64,000 bases of DNA from contig NC_057718.1 in NCBI RefSeq assembly GCF_004010195.1, positions 34,082,384 to 34,146,383 of the forward strand. Reading direction: 5' to 3'. A program made the translations under genes and the position numbers. The stretch is from Chiloscyllium plagiosum. Taxonomy: Eukaryota. Within the stretch, counting starts at the first letter, position 1. Every line of letters starts with the position of its first letter. The notes under the pieces were generated by a model. The model saw nothing but the letters and a program-made list of their open reading frames with translations, did no database searches and had not been told where the DNA came from. Shown piece after piece: positions 11,760 through 24,050 of this stretch.

Positions 11760-13190
11760 GTGCTGCCCCTGGGAATGACCAGTTTACCAGTGCTTTTCCC
11801 CTGCTTTTTCCTTGCTGGGTAAGGACATTTCCCTTCATTTCTGCCATTTCCTTTACCATGTACCATAAAACTGTGCCCTCTAATTCTTTGATTCTCCCAT
11901 CAATGCTAACAGTTTCTCCCTACCTGATCTGTTCAAATCCCTCATGATTTGAATACCTCTATCAAATCTTCTCTAACCTTCCTTTCTCCAAAGCAAACAG
12001 TTCCAATTTCTCCGATCTTTCTCTGTGTCTGAGGTTCCTCGTCCCTGGAAGCATTTTCATGATTTTCATTCTGCTCCCTGTCAAATGCCAGCATGCCCTT
12101 CCTGAAGTCTGTTGGCCAGAATTGGACACAGTACTCTAATTGAGCCTGAGCTAGTGTTTATATAGGTTTATGATACACTTGATGAAACCCAGGATACTTT
12201 ATAAATGGTGATCACAACCTGCCCTGCCACCTTCCATGATTCATACACATTCATAACCAGGTCCATTTGCTTCTACACATCCTTTTCGTTTATATTATCT
12301 CAATGCATAATTCCTACCAATTTGAATCATTCACACTTTACTGCATATTATGTAGTTTGTCACTTATATCCCTATTCCGACTTTCCATGTAGTTTTAAAT
12401 TATTTCCCTTTGGTTTATAATACATCCAAGTTTTGTACAAATTTGAAATGTTGGTCTGTATGCCAACATCTAGATACAAAGCAGAAAGATCAGGAGTCAT
12501 AAAACCAGTCCCAGCAAAGGACCCCACACCACTTCCTGTGGTACATCACTGGATATTGGCTTCCAATAAAAATAAACTTTCAATCTGAACCCTCTTTCTC
12601 CTGTCACTATGCCAATTTGGATCCAATTTGCCAAATTACATGGGATTCCATGGGTCTTACTTTCTTCAACAGTTTCCTATGCAGCATCTTGTCAAAAGCC
12701 TTATTGAAGTCTATCTGGACCACATCAACAACACTACACTCATCTACTCAAGTAGTAACCTCCTTGAAAAACTCAGTCAAAACCTGCCAGACATGTGCTC
12801 CATCTGAACAATACTTGATTAATCCTTGCCTCTCTAAACAAAAATGAAATCTGCCCTTTGGAAATTTTTCCAATTGTTTCTCTGTCACTGATATTAGATT
12901 CAATGTTGAATAGTTCCCAGATTTATCCTTCTTAAATAATGGTACGCCATTGGCTGTCTTCCAGTTCGGTGCTACCTCTCTTGCATCCAAGGAGGATTTA
13001 TAAATTCATGTCAAGATCCCTACAACCTCATCTCTTGCTTCCCATAGCGTACTAGGATATTTCTCATTTCCGACTGGGTACTTATCCAACTTTAATGTGC
13101 TAAACTCCCTAATACCTCCTTCCTCTCAATGCTAACTTTTTCAGGTTTGTCACAGTCCCACTCACTCCTACTTACTTCCTGGTTATCCTC
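11760..13190 (-). mobile_element. Degenerate CR1 fragments
   Basis: NWKTANGVPLFKKDKSGNY, LTEFFKEVTT; GCCAGAATTGGACACAGTACTCT (reverse of the EYCVQFW motif). Confidence 0.7.
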
Positions 13191-13198
13191 TTGCCTCT

Positions 13199-13386
13199 AA
13201 GTACTGCAGATACTGGAGGCTAGAATCAAGAGTGTGATGCTGGAAAAGCACAGCAGGTCAAGCAGTATCCGATGAGCAGGAAAATCGACATCATGATGAA
13301 GGGCTTATATCCAAAACATCGATTCTCCTACTCCTTGGATGCTGCCTGACCTGCTGTGCTTTTCCAGCACCACACTCTTGACTCTT
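13199..13386. mobile_element. PLE-derived foldback unit (degenerate hammerhead)
   Basis: Inverted arms GCTGGAAAAGCACAGCAGGTCA / TGACCTGCTGTGCTTTTCCAGC; TSD TCCTCTTG(C/G)CTCT. Confidence 0.8.
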
Positions 13387-13484
13387 TCCTCTTGGCTCTT
13401 GCATATCTTTAGATTTTGAGAAGATTTGTAGCTCAGATTGAGGTTTTGGATGTAGGTTTGCTCGCTGAGCTGCAAGGTTCATTT

Positions 13485-13524
13485 CCAGACGTTTCGTTAC
13501 CCTATTAGGCAATATCTTCAGTGG
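13485..13524 (-). ncRNA. Minimal type I hammerhead ribozyme motif (PLE-associated), core intact
   Basis: CCA-CUGAAGA-U-AUUGCCU-AAUA-GGGUAAC-GAAAC-GUC-UGG: stem I CCA/UGG, GUC cleavage triplet, ACGU palindrome. Confidence 0.7.
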
Positions 13525-14370
13525 GCCTCAGGTGAAGCAATGCTGAAAATTCCTGCTTTCTATTTATATGTTTGGGTTTCTTTGGGTTGGTGATGTCATT
13601 TCCTGTGGTGATGTTATTTCTTGTGGTGAAGTCCCTTCCTGTTCCTTTTCTCAGGGGATAGTAGATATGGTCTAACTTGATGTGTTTTTAGATACAGTTC
13701 CAGTTGGAATGCCATGCTTCTAGGAATTCTTGTGTGTGTCTTCATTTGGCTTGTCCTAGGATGGATGTCTTGTCCCAGTCGGAGTGGTGTCCTTCCTCAT
13801 CCATATATGAGGGTACTAGTGAGAGAGGGTCATGTCTTTTTGTGGCTAGTTGGTGTTCATGTATCCTGGTGGCTAGTTTCTTGCCTTTTTGTCCAAAGTA
13901 GTGTTTGTCACAGTCCTTGCACAGTATTTTGTAAATTACTTTAGTTTTGCTCGTTGTTTGTGTTGGGTCTTTCAAGTTCATTAGCTGCCGTTTTAGTGTG
14001 TTGGACAAACAGGCAGAAAACTAGCCACCAGGCTACATGAACATCAACTAGCCACAAAAAGATATGACCCTCTCTCACTAGTATCCTCACATACGGATGA
14101 GGAAAGACACCACTTTGACTGGGACAACACATCAATCCTAGGACAAGCCAAACAAAGACATGCATGAAAATTCCTAGAAGCATGGCATTTCAACTGGAAT
14201 TCTATCAACAAACACATTAAGTTAGACCCCATCTACCACCCCCAAGAAAAGAACAGGAAATGACTTCACCACCGGAAATAACATCACCACAGGAAATGAC
14301 ATCACCAACCCAAAGAAACCCAAACATATAAATAGAAAGCAGGGATTTTCAGCATTGCTTCGCCTGAGGC

Positions 14371-14410
14371 CCACTGAAGCTGTTACCTAGTAGGGTAACG
14401 AAACGTTTGG
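14371..14410 (+). ncRNA. Hammerhead motif, mirror copy with core mutation
   Basis: CCA-CUGAAGC-U-GUUACC-UAGUAG-GGUAAC-GAAAC-GUU-UGG; A9 changed to C. Confidence 0.55.
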
Positions 14411-14585
14411 AAATGAACCTTGCAGCTCAGTGATCAAAGCTGCATCCAATAACTTTAGATTACCCTTTATTTTACCCACTGCTGATTTCTTGTGTACCCT
14501 GTCTGGTCTCCTATGTGAATCTTCACCATGCTTTGCCTTTCAACCACCAAGTCACTGGATTCTTGTCATCTTGATAATAAATTCT

Positions 14586-14682
14586 GCTGAAAATGTGTTG
14601 CTGGAAAAGCGCAGCAGGTCAGGCAGCATCCAGGGAACAGGAGAATCGACGTTTCGGGCATAAGCCCTCCTTCAGGAATGAG
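14586..14682 (-). mobile_element. PLE terminal-repeat fragment
   Basis: Near-identical to 18893-18986; hammerhead box mutated (CTGAAGG). Confidence 0.8.
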
Positions 14683-15469
14683 GCTGAACAAGTAACTCTC
14701 AGCACATCTCTGAGAAAGAAAAATATTGAACTAAGTCCACAGATTTCATTTTTTCTCTTTGAACACATCCAATTACACATTAATATATATTTAAGAATCG
14801 ACAAATGTTTGTGTCAACATGTATATATGAAGAGGTGTCAGTTATATTAAAACAGATTTTACCTCATAAATATAGCCAAGTCTTTATGTCAAAGAGACAG
14901 GAAATTAAAAATAATAGGAATGCTAATTCCATTTTAAACAGTTCATTTGATGCATTCAGATATGAGTTCTGTTGAAAGGACATGACCTGAAATCTTTTTC
15001 CATCTCCATAGTTTTCCTCCTTCCACAGATGTTTCTCAAACCTGTTGAGTGATTCCAGCATTTCCGTTTTTATTTCAAAGTCGATTTGTTTTGGATAAAT
15101 ACACTCTGATCAAACAACATTATTTCTGGGAATGAAAATACTGTCTCAAACAGTAACAGAAGATGGCTCTTTGTAAAGTTGAATATTTCATATCTAATGC
15201 AAAGACTTTCACATATGGCCTGATTGATCATAGCACATCATCGGGACAGATCAAAGTCATCATCTACCTAATTGTGTGATCTTATCAGTGTTGCCATATC
15301 CTTGTACCTTATATTTAGATTAGAATACAAATTGTTTCTATTTATTAATTTAACCTCAATTATTTATTGATTTTAGGCACTTATGTACATTGATCCTATG
15401 ATGGTATGTTGTTGTGTTAAATGTAGAATGGAGTGAGACCAGTGATTAGGTAGAAGAATGGTAGTAGCA

Positions 15470-17812
15470 GTGAGAGCAAGAATAGAGTCAGTTTAGCAGG
15501 AAGGATAAAAGAGTGCTGGTAACAGTCAGAGTAGGTGATATATTGCAGCTGTAGCATGTGGGATGGTAGATATCAACAACATCTACATTAAATAACTGTA
15601 GCTTGAGGAACTTGAACTCAGGGCTGATGAGCTAAAGTCTGAATTTCAAACACTGTGATGCATTAAGGAGTGGGAAAGGTACCTGAACACTTTGTTTCAG
15701 GGGACAGTCACACCCCTTTCCCGGGATCACTCACACCTGAAGTTATGTACTTGTGTTTTGGTCCATGGTCAGGGGCAGGAGAGTGTGACTGTGAATGCGG
15801 CAGTTATGGGGAACCAGATAGTAGCAATGGAGGAGCCTCAGCCCCTGCAATAGTACTGCAAGTTTGAAATTCTTGCAGCTTGTGTGGACAGAAACAGGGA
15901 CTGCATGGTGGTTGAGCAAACTGACCACAGCATTGTGGTTCAAGGAGAGTGAGGTGAGTAAAAATAAATGTAGATGTGGTAGGAGACAGTTAATTCAGGG
16001 AGATAAATGTTGTTCTCCAAAGCCAGGAGCGTGACTGTAAAAGGCTGTATTGTCTACCGCCTGCCAGGGTAAGGACATCTACAAGCTGGCAAGGAAGTTG
16101 GAGTAGAAAGGGAAGCATCTAGTTGCCATTGTTCAAATGGAGACCAGTGAAACATAGGCAGAACAAAGACAGTTGTAACAGTTTCTTGGAACAATATGTT
16201 GTGGAACCAGGTAGGGATAAAACTATTTTAAATCTAGTATTGTGCACTGAATTAGTTATACCATAGGAAACAGTGATCAGAATTCAGTTGAGTCATGTCA
16301 AGTTTGAAAATGGTATACTGTAATCACAAATAAGAATCTTAAACGATGTCAGTGTTAGCGGTATGGAGAAGAGCTGTATCAAGTTGGTTGGGTAAATAGG
16401 CTAAAAGGTATAGTGGTAAATACACAGTGCAAACCCTAAATTAAACAATTCAAAATGTTCAATAAAAATACACACTCAAAAGGCAAAATCTCAGTCTGAA
16501 AGATTTATCCATGGGCTTCTGAGGGTTAAGAATATTATTAGATTAAAAGAAGAGGCTTATAATACTGTAAAAAGAACTTAGGAAATCTGAGGATTGTGAG
16601 TGTATGAGAAAAAAAAAGCATCATCAAAAAAATCTTTTACAAGTATATATAAAAGAGAGGAGAGTAGGTAAAACTAAACATTGGTCCCTCAGATTCTCAA
16701 ATAGGAAGAATTATCATGGAGAATGAGGAAATTAAAAAGACCTCACAGCGCCAGAGACCCGGGTTCAATTCCCGCCTCAGGCGACTCTCTGTGTGGAGTT
16801 TGCACATTCTCCCCGTGTCTGCGTGGGTTTCCTCTGGGTGCTCCGGTTTCCTCCTACAATCAAAAAAATGTGCAGGTTAGGTGAATTGAACATGCTAAAT
16901 TGTCCGTAGTGTTAGGTGAAGCGGTAAGTGTAGGAGTATGGGTCTGGGTGGTATACGCTTCGGCGGGTCGGTGTGGACTTGTTGGGCCGAAGGGCCTGTT
17001 TCCACACTGTAAGTAATCTAATCTAATCTAATCTAATCTAATCTAAAAAACCTTGAAAAAATACTTTGTGTCTGTCTTCACAGTAGTAGATGTAAGTTAC
17101 AAACCAGAAATAGAGAGAAATCTAGGGACGAATAGGCATAAGTAAATAAAAGCAATTAATATCAGTAGTAAACATGTGCTGTACTGGAGAATCTCAAAGG
17201 GCTAAAATCCAAAAAGTTCCCAGGACATGATAACTTGGATAATAAAAGAGTGCAGATGTGGTAGACATACTGGTTGTAATATTCTAAAATAGCCTAGATT
17301 CTGGAATGGTCCCAGCAGATTGCAAATTAGCAAATGTAACATTGAAGGATGAAGGGAGGGAGAAAACAGATATCAGTCATCCGGAAAATTTATAATTAAG
17401 GAAATCTTAACAATGCACTTAGAAAAGTATAATATGATTAGAACCATGATTATCAGCATGGTTTTCCCTGTTTGACAATTTTTAAAAAGTTTTTGAGGGA
17501 GTAACTACAAGGGTAGATAAAGGATAACCGTAGATGCAGTGTACTTGGATTTCCAAAAGGCATTCAACAAGTTGTCATACAAAATGTTAACACACAAGAT
17601 TAAGGCTTATGGAGTTGCGATTAATATACTAGCAGGCTATAACAATGTCCTCGGTTATTGGACTAGGTAATGGACTTGGAGAAGAGACTAGAGATAAACA
17701 AGTCACTTTCAAATTAGCAGACAGTGAGTAGGGGAGTATCGCAATTTCAGTGCCAGGACTTCACCTACATACAATCTATAATAATGACTTAAACAAAGAG
17801 ACTGAAGATGTA
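15470..17812 (+). mobile_element. Old, nearly full-span CR1 (ORF1 esterase-like remnant plus ORF2), heavily degenerate; resumes at about 21535-21740
   Basis: ORF1-like VVGDS..RLYCLP; ORF2-like VDAVYLDFQKAFNK, IYNNDL. Confidence 0.7.
16741..17046 (+). mobile_element. HE1-like V-SINE, 5'-truncated
   Basis: B box GGTTCAATTCC, V-domain GTGTGGAGTTTGCACATTCTCCCCGTGTCTGCGTGGGTTTCC, CR1-type tail ending (TAATC)n. Confidence 0.88.
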
Positions 17813-18858
17813 AGGCGGGGTCTGAGCAATATGAGCTCTAAGAGAGTTTTAGCAGAACTGGACCATATGTCTGGTGAGGGCTATCTCAAAATTGGGATCA
17901 TCTCCATCTTCTGTCTTTTATACTTTGACAATTGGCTAGGCAAATTTCTCTCTAGGCAGCAGCATTGTAATGCCATAGGGATTATTACTTATAAAGCACC
18001 TTGTTAATGGCACAGCCTGCCCTCATTAATATTCAGCCACTCATCTAACACAATGCACCAAACAAGACGAGGTTGAGGAAACTCAACCTGGAAATGAGCA
18101 CAGGTACCTGGTGAATTCAGCTTGCTGTTTTCTCCAAAGGACATCCATGTTGGACACCAGGCGCCCACATCTCAGGATATGCACCATGGGCTTCTGTCAC
18201 ACACACCCCACATCCATAGACATGCAATGTGATATGTGCCAGTCTCTGAGAACCCTTATTGAACATCTCTGATTCACCTACAGGATGCTTCTGCATTTCA
18301 ATGCTACACTTCAGGCTGGTCTGGCAACGGTATGGCTGCAGCAAGGACACCATGGCTTAGGGACATACATCCAACTTATGGACTGGACCAGGCTATATCT
18401 CTGGGATATTTACATGCTGTCATTACATTCACTCACTCTAATGTACCTGGATGTCTGCAGCAACTCTGCCTTACATTGCCTTTGTGCATGTTTTGGCACG
18501 TCTGCCAGAGCTACCAGGCTCATATAACTGCTGTTTTGATTGCCATTTAGCATAGACACAAATGCAGGAAGCTTATCATGATTATGTGCAAGCTTCAAGA
18601 CAATGGAGATAGCCTTTTCTCAGGGAGTCCCGGAATGATAATTCAGTGACAGTCTCCAATACTGGTCCAAGATCTTGGATGTTGTCAGTCAGCTGCTCAA
18701 GGCAGTCAGAGTCAGGAAGCACAATGTACAAGGAATTGAATGTCAAGCAGCCCACCATCTGCCTTGTTATAGGCTATTTTCTTTCTGAATTGAGAGAGCG
18801 GCATGTATTACTGGAGATAAAAATGGGTAGCATAGTAGATAGGATAGTGAAGAAGGTG

Positions 18859-19940
18859 GAGAAAGTGAGGTCTGCAGATGCTGGAGATCAGAGCTGAAAA
18901 TGTGTTGCTGGAAAAGCGCAGCAGGTCAGGCAGCATCCAGGGAACAGGAGAATCGACGTTTCGGGCTTAAGCCCTTCTTCAGGAATAAGGAAAGTGGAAA
19001 GTTTGTCCAGCAGGCTAAGATAAAAGGTAGGGAGGAGGGACTTGGGGGAGGGGCGTCGGAAATGTGATAGGTGGAAAGAGGTCAAGGTGAGGGTGATAGG
19101 TCAGACGGGGGGGGGGGCGGAGAGGTCGGGAAGAAGATTGCAGGTTAGGAAGGCGGTGCTGAGTTCGATGGATTTGACTGAGACAAGGTGGGGGGAGGGG
19201 AAATGAGGAAACTGGTGAAACCCGAGTTCATCCCTTGTGGTTGGAGGATTCCTAAAGATTTTGATTTGTTAGTTTTGGTTTTGAGTCAATAGTCTATAGA
19301 AAGCCTGCAGCTACAACATTTATTCACAAAACTTTCACATTTCACCAGACTGATCTCCTGATTTAACGGTTATGGAGGAGTTAGGGATATTTCAGACGAT
19401 GAAATGACAGATCCTGACAGCATACTAGTCTCATGCTATTGTTGGTCCACAATGCCTCATGGGTGCGGAGTTTTGGGCTGTCAGGTGTGTCCTTAGTCTA
19501 TTACACTTGGTACAGTAGTTGTGTCCATGGCACTAGAGGCAACAGAAAATCTTGGGGAGACAGGCCGGCTACTTGCGGAGCATTTTAGAGAACACCTCTG
19601 GGACACCCGGACCAACCAACCCAACCACCCTGTGGCTCAACATTTCAATTCCCCCTCCCACTCCACCAAGGATATGCAGGTCTTTGGGCTCCTCCATCGC
19701 CAGACCACAACAACACGACGGTTGGAGGAAGAGCGCCTCATCTTCCGCCTAGGAACCCTCCAACCACAAGGGATGAACTCGGATTTCACCAGTTTCCTCA
19801 TTCCCCCTCCCCCCACCTTGTCTCAGTCAAATCCATCGAATTCAGCACCGCCTTCCTAACCTGCAATCTTCTTCCTGACCTCTCCGCCCCCACCCCAGTT
19901 TAATCTATCACCCTCACCTTGACCTCTTTCCACCTATCAC
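18859..19940. mobile_element. PLE foldback insertion (pLTR on -, GIY-YIG C-terminus on +) enclosing about 300 bp of unrelated filler
   Basis: Exact 15-bp TSD ATAGTGAAGAAGGTG (18844-18858, 19941-19955); GETGRLLAEHFREHL...RRLEEERLIFRLGTLQPQGMN; arms 19064-19254 and 19750-19940 are inverted. Confidence 0.88.
18951..18986 (-). ncRNA. Minimal hammerhead ribozyme motif, core intact
   Basis: AUUC-CUGAAGA-A-GGGC-UUAA-GCCC-GAAAC-GUC-GAUU. Confidence 0.7.
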
Positions 19941-20056
19941 ATAGTGAAGAAGGTGTTTGGTATGCTTTCCTTTATTGGCCAGAGCATTGAGAATAGAAGT
20001 TAAGAGGTCATGTTGTGGCTGTACAGGATATTGATTAGGCCCCACTGTTGGAATAT

Positions 20057-20282
20057 TGAATTGAATTGAATTTATTGTCATGTGTACCGAGGCACCGTGA
20101 AAGGCTTTGTCTTGAGAGCAATACCGGCAGATTACAGAGTTAAGTAGCACAGAAAAGTAAATAATAGGTAAACAATGGCAAAAACAAAAACACAGGTACA
20201 GATAAATATTAAACGTTTGTGAGTCCATTCAATATTCGAACAATAGTAGGGTAGAAACTATTATGAAACTGACTGGTTTGCA
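20057..20282 (-). mobile_element. Rex1/Babar-like LINE 3' tail nested in CR1
   Basis: Reverse strand CTTTCACGGTGCCTCGGTACACATGACAATAAA(TTCAA)n. Confidence 0.55.
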
Positions 20283-21012
20283 TGTAATCCTGGTCTCCTT
20301 CCTATCGGAAGGATGTTGTGAAAGATTTACATGGATGTTGCCAGAGTTGGAGGATTTGAGCTATAGGGAGAGGCTGAACAGGCTGGGGCTGTTTTCCCTG
20401 GAGCGTCGAAGGCTAAGGGGTGACCATATAGAGGTTTCGAAAATTATGAGGGGCATGGATAGGATAAATAGATAAGGTCTTTTCCCTGGATGGGGGAGTC
20501 CAGAACAAGAGGGCATAGGTTTAGGGTGAGAAGGGAAAGACATAAAAGGGACCTAAAGGGCAACTTTTTCATGCACGAGGTGGTGCATATATGGAATCAG
20601 CTGCCAGAGGAAGTGGTGGTCGCTGGTACAATTGTAACATTTAAAATACATCTAGATGGTTAATGAGTAGGAAAGGTTTGGAGGGATATGGGCCAAGTGC
20701 TGGCAAATGGAACTAGATTAGGTTGGGATATCTGGTCAGCATGGACAAGTTGGACCAAAGAGTCTATTTCAGTGCTGTATATCTCAATGACTCTATGACC
20801 CTATTACTGTTGTAGACAGGGAGGTATCCTGCCGAATGCTTAGACAGCATAGATGGCATGCAGGGTTAGTGGTTATTGGAGTGGGTAACAGCGAACAAGG
20901 GAAAATTTTGCAGGTAATAGTGAGAGTGGTAGAGTGTGAATCTTGGTGGGAGGGGGAACAGTAGAATAGATAGAGTGAGTGTGACATATTGGAGAAAACG
21001 TGGTGACACTAC

Positions 21013-21249
21013 TCTTATGGAATGGAGAAGGTCTTTGACATTCTTTCCCTATTGCTGTGCATTCCACCATACAGCTGAGACTGCTCTAAACTGTGTGGCA
21101 ATTTTGTACCAGATTAGCGTGTTCTGATATCATGGTATCCTCTGCTGGTCTTGGGAAATGGGAAAGTCCTGCCTGTATATCACTCTCTCTAGTAGGACAG
21201 CGAGCTCCCTGCCCAAAAAGCTGGGTGTTGATTTCTCTTTGTCTGCCAT
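21013..21249 (-). pseudogene. Myb/SANT-like DNA-binding domain relic, probably from a PIF/Harbinger transposon
   Basis: MADKEKSTPSFLGRELAVLLERVIYRQD...P*YQNTLIWYKIATQFRAVSAVWWNAQQ*GKNVKDL matches the F..E..LL..V / W..IA..V.A / QC.K...DL pattern; two in-frame stops. Confidence 0.6.
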
Positions 21250-22444
21250 GACCGAGGCAAATGTCAGGAACCATGTAAGGCAGCTTTGAATAGACAGTGC
21301 TTGATTGAGTGCACGTTGGGCTTTTAAAGATGGTGTGGGCAATCCCGGATATCCTGGCAGTGGTGAGTTGTTTCAGAATGACATATGGTAAGATGGGACT
21401 GATATGAGGGCTGTCATAGGGATGGAGCAGCTAATTAATGCGATGAGTTTGGTAAGATACGGTGAGAAAAATACCCCCCAAAAATACAGCACTTCATATT
21501 TAGCCAAAACAAACACAAGATTCAGCTCAGAGGTTCCTGACAAAATCACACCAGGCGGGAATGCAAAATATGAGGAAGACTACAAAGGACTGTGAAGAGT
21601 TAAGAGCAACAAAATGGTGTACATAGTGGGGAATTGTGAGGTTAATAACACAAATGGTTAGTATGTAGATACTGCAAGTGGTTAGGAAAGCAAATGGAAT
21701 AGCTGAGCAGGCTCAATGTCATATGGTTTCCTGTTCCTATTTTTTAGGTTCTTGTGTTATGTTTTTTCTACTTTAATCATTAAAATTGCAACTTTCGTTT
21801 CGTAATCATGATATATTTAGATATCTGTTGACAGCAAGTTGATCTTGGAAGCGCAGTTTGTATAAGAAATGCTGGCGACATACAAAAACAATAGCAACAA
21901 TGGTAATGATGCTGAAATTGGTCTTTGATAGTAGTGCAGGTGATAGTTCTCACAGCTCCTAAGGCATTCCATTTCTTTTTCATTCCCATTGAAGTCAATA
22001 GAATGTATAAGCAGTTCCTTATAATCTGTTGTCAAAGTCTAAATCCATCGCCTACAACACTGGCATCCACCTGGCGATATGAAAATATGCCCTTTCCACA
22101 AAATGCAGGACAAATTCAACCAAGAAAACCACACCCGATCAAGCTCTCTCAATCATCAGAAAAGGGATGGATGAGCTTGTCAATAGGGCTATCAAGTGCC
22201 ATTTTCTTAGTAATAACCTACTAACTGCAATTGGATTCACCAGGGCTATTCAGCTTCAGTCTTTATTACAAATTTGGACCAAATATAGGCAAAGGAGTTG
22301 AATTTCATCAGAGGTGACGTGAGTGTAACTGCCCTTGTCATCAATGCCAGCATTTGACTGAGTGTGGTATTAGGGAGCCCTGGAAAGATTGAAGTAGATG
22401 GGAATTGTGTGTTAAGTTACCAATGGTTGGGGCCAAACCCAGCA

Positions 22445-23048
22445 CCAAGTGAGATGATCCTTGATGCAGACTCGGAGGCTGAGCTGTGTCTCTGGGTCCA
22501 TGGCTAGGCCTCAGCGTGTGACTGCGGAGGTGGCGACAGCAGCAAGTTTGGTCCCAGGTGCAGGTCCCTGTGGCACTGGCAGTGGCTGCATTGGTGAATT
22601 TGGCCAAATGTGAACCCGTGGCGGTGGCAGTGTTGGTGGAGGTGAGATTGCGGCAGAGAGCGGTGACTCCTTTTCTCCAGTGGCTGGGGTCATGAAGCAA
22701 GGTTGCAGCAATGACATCAGTTTAACAGCAGGAACTGGAGGTAACAGGGTGTTGGAGCCTGGATCCTGGCCCTGGCTGAGAGAGCAGCGAGAGCTGTTCC
22801 AGTGACCGTCTATGTTTATTGAGATAAGATTATAAAATGATTAGATTAGATTAGATTAGATTAGATTACAGTGTGGAAACAGACCCTTCGGCCCAACAAG
22901 ATGAACTTTAATGTTTTATTTTTCTGGTTTTATATTCTGAGTTTTGGCTTATTTTCTGTGTTTTAAGATGGCACCAGAGAATGGTGGCACTAAACAATTT
23001 TCACTGTATTTGTAATAAATACATGCAACAAGAAATCAAATCACATCA
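22445..23048 (+). mobile_element. GC-rich non-coding retroposon-like segment ending in a Rex1-like tail
   Basis: GC-rich body, T-rich stretch, then TTTTCACTGTA...AAATCAAATCA; interrupted by an HE1/CR1 tail at 22839-22900. Confidence 0.4.
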
Positions 23049-23051
23049 GCT

Positions 23052-23200
23052 TATGGGTATATGAATAGGGAAGGTTTGGAGGGATATGGGCTGGGTGCTG
23101 GCAGGTGGGACTAGATTGGGTTGGGATATCTGGTCGGCATGGATGGGTTGGACTGAATCGTCTGTTTCTATGCTGTACATCTCTATGACTCTATGATTCT
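23052..23200 (+). mobile_element. CR1 family A 3' terminal fragment
   Basis: Near-identical to 100-235; CTCTATGACTCTATGATTCTA tail. Confidence 0.85.
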
Positions 23201-23284
23201 ACTGATGATGTTTGTCGGTGGTCAATTACCTTAATCCTGGAGCATCATCACAGAAGTTTCTCAGGGTATGTTTTGGTCCCAGGG

Positions 23285-23395
23285 TATATATTTTCTAAGC
23301 AACCTGTTCAGAGATGTTATTATATCCCTCTGGAACAGGTGGGACTTGAACTCCACTCAGAAGTAGGGGCACTACCACTGCACCACAAGAACCCC
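23285..23395 (-). mobile_element. Short tRNA-derived SINE (same family as 9945-10170)
   Basis: Reverse strand GTGGTGCAGTGGTAGTG (A box), GTTCAAGTCCC (B box), tail CTGAACAGGTTGCTTAGAAAA; AGTTTCTCAGG(G/A)TA repeated at 23255 and 23396. Confidence 0.65.
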
Positions 23396-23740
23396 AGTTT
23401 CTCAGGATAATGTCCAAGGATCACCCACCTTCAACTACTACATTAATGACCTTGCCTCCATCATAAGGTCAGAATGGGTATGTTCACTGATGATTGCATA
23501 ATATTCAGCACCATTCATGTCAAGGGCTGTCACTCTCACCTCACCACACCTCTGGAATTCAGTTCTTTTGTCGATGTTTGAACCAAGGCTATAATGAGAT
23601 TAGGAGCTGAGTGACCCTGGCGAAACCCAAACTGGGTGTCACTGAGCAGGTATCCTCAGATACTGAAGCAGCTTGTGTTTAAATCCAGCAAGATCTGGAC
23701 AACATCTAGGCTTGGCTTGATAAGTGGCAAGTAACATTTA

Positions 23741-24050
23741 TAGATTAGATTAGATTAGATTACATTACTGTGTGGAAACAGGCCCTTCGGCCCAACAAGT
23801 CCACACCGACCCGCCGAAGCGCAACCCACCCATAGCCCTAACCTAACACTACGGGCAATTTAACTACAGCCAATTCACCTGACCTGCACATCTTTGGACA
23901 GTGGGAGGAAACCGGAGCACCCGGAGGAAACCCACGCAGACACGGGGAGAATGTGCAAACTCCACACAGTCAGTCGCCTGAGGCGGAATTGAACCCGGGT
24001 CTCCGGCGCTGTGAGGCAGCAGTGCTAACTAGTGTGCCACCGTGCCGCCC
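23741..24050 (-). mobile_element. Full-length HE1-like V-SINE
   Basis: Reverse strand begins GGGCGGCACGGTGGCAC, B box GGTTCAATTCC, V-domain, (TAATC)n tail. Confidence 0.9.

Larger units (their letters stand above)
13416..14452. mobile_element. Penelope-like element 3' end present as an inverted duplication (GIY-YIG endonuclease plus pLTR)
   Basis: ORF 13742-14008 (-): VIYKILCKDCDKHYFGQKGKKLATRIHEHQ (GIY-YIG); about 450-bp inverted arms; exact 9-bp TSD CTTTAGATT (13407-13415, 14453-14461). Confidence 0.88.
18834..20800 (+). mobile_element. CR1 family A 3' fragment split by a PLE insertion and a Rex1-like tail
   Basis: IVKKVFGMLSFI; LEDLSYRERLNRLGLFSLERRRLRGD; 3' tail CTCTATGA. Confidence 0.85.

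Noticed and set aside
17809..21542. TG...CA boundaries suggesting an LTR element
   Set aside because: No TSD or paired LTRs; the dinucleotides can derive from the host CR1
23960..24050. tRNA-like A/B boxes
   Set aside because: Head of an HE1 SINE, not a tRNA gene
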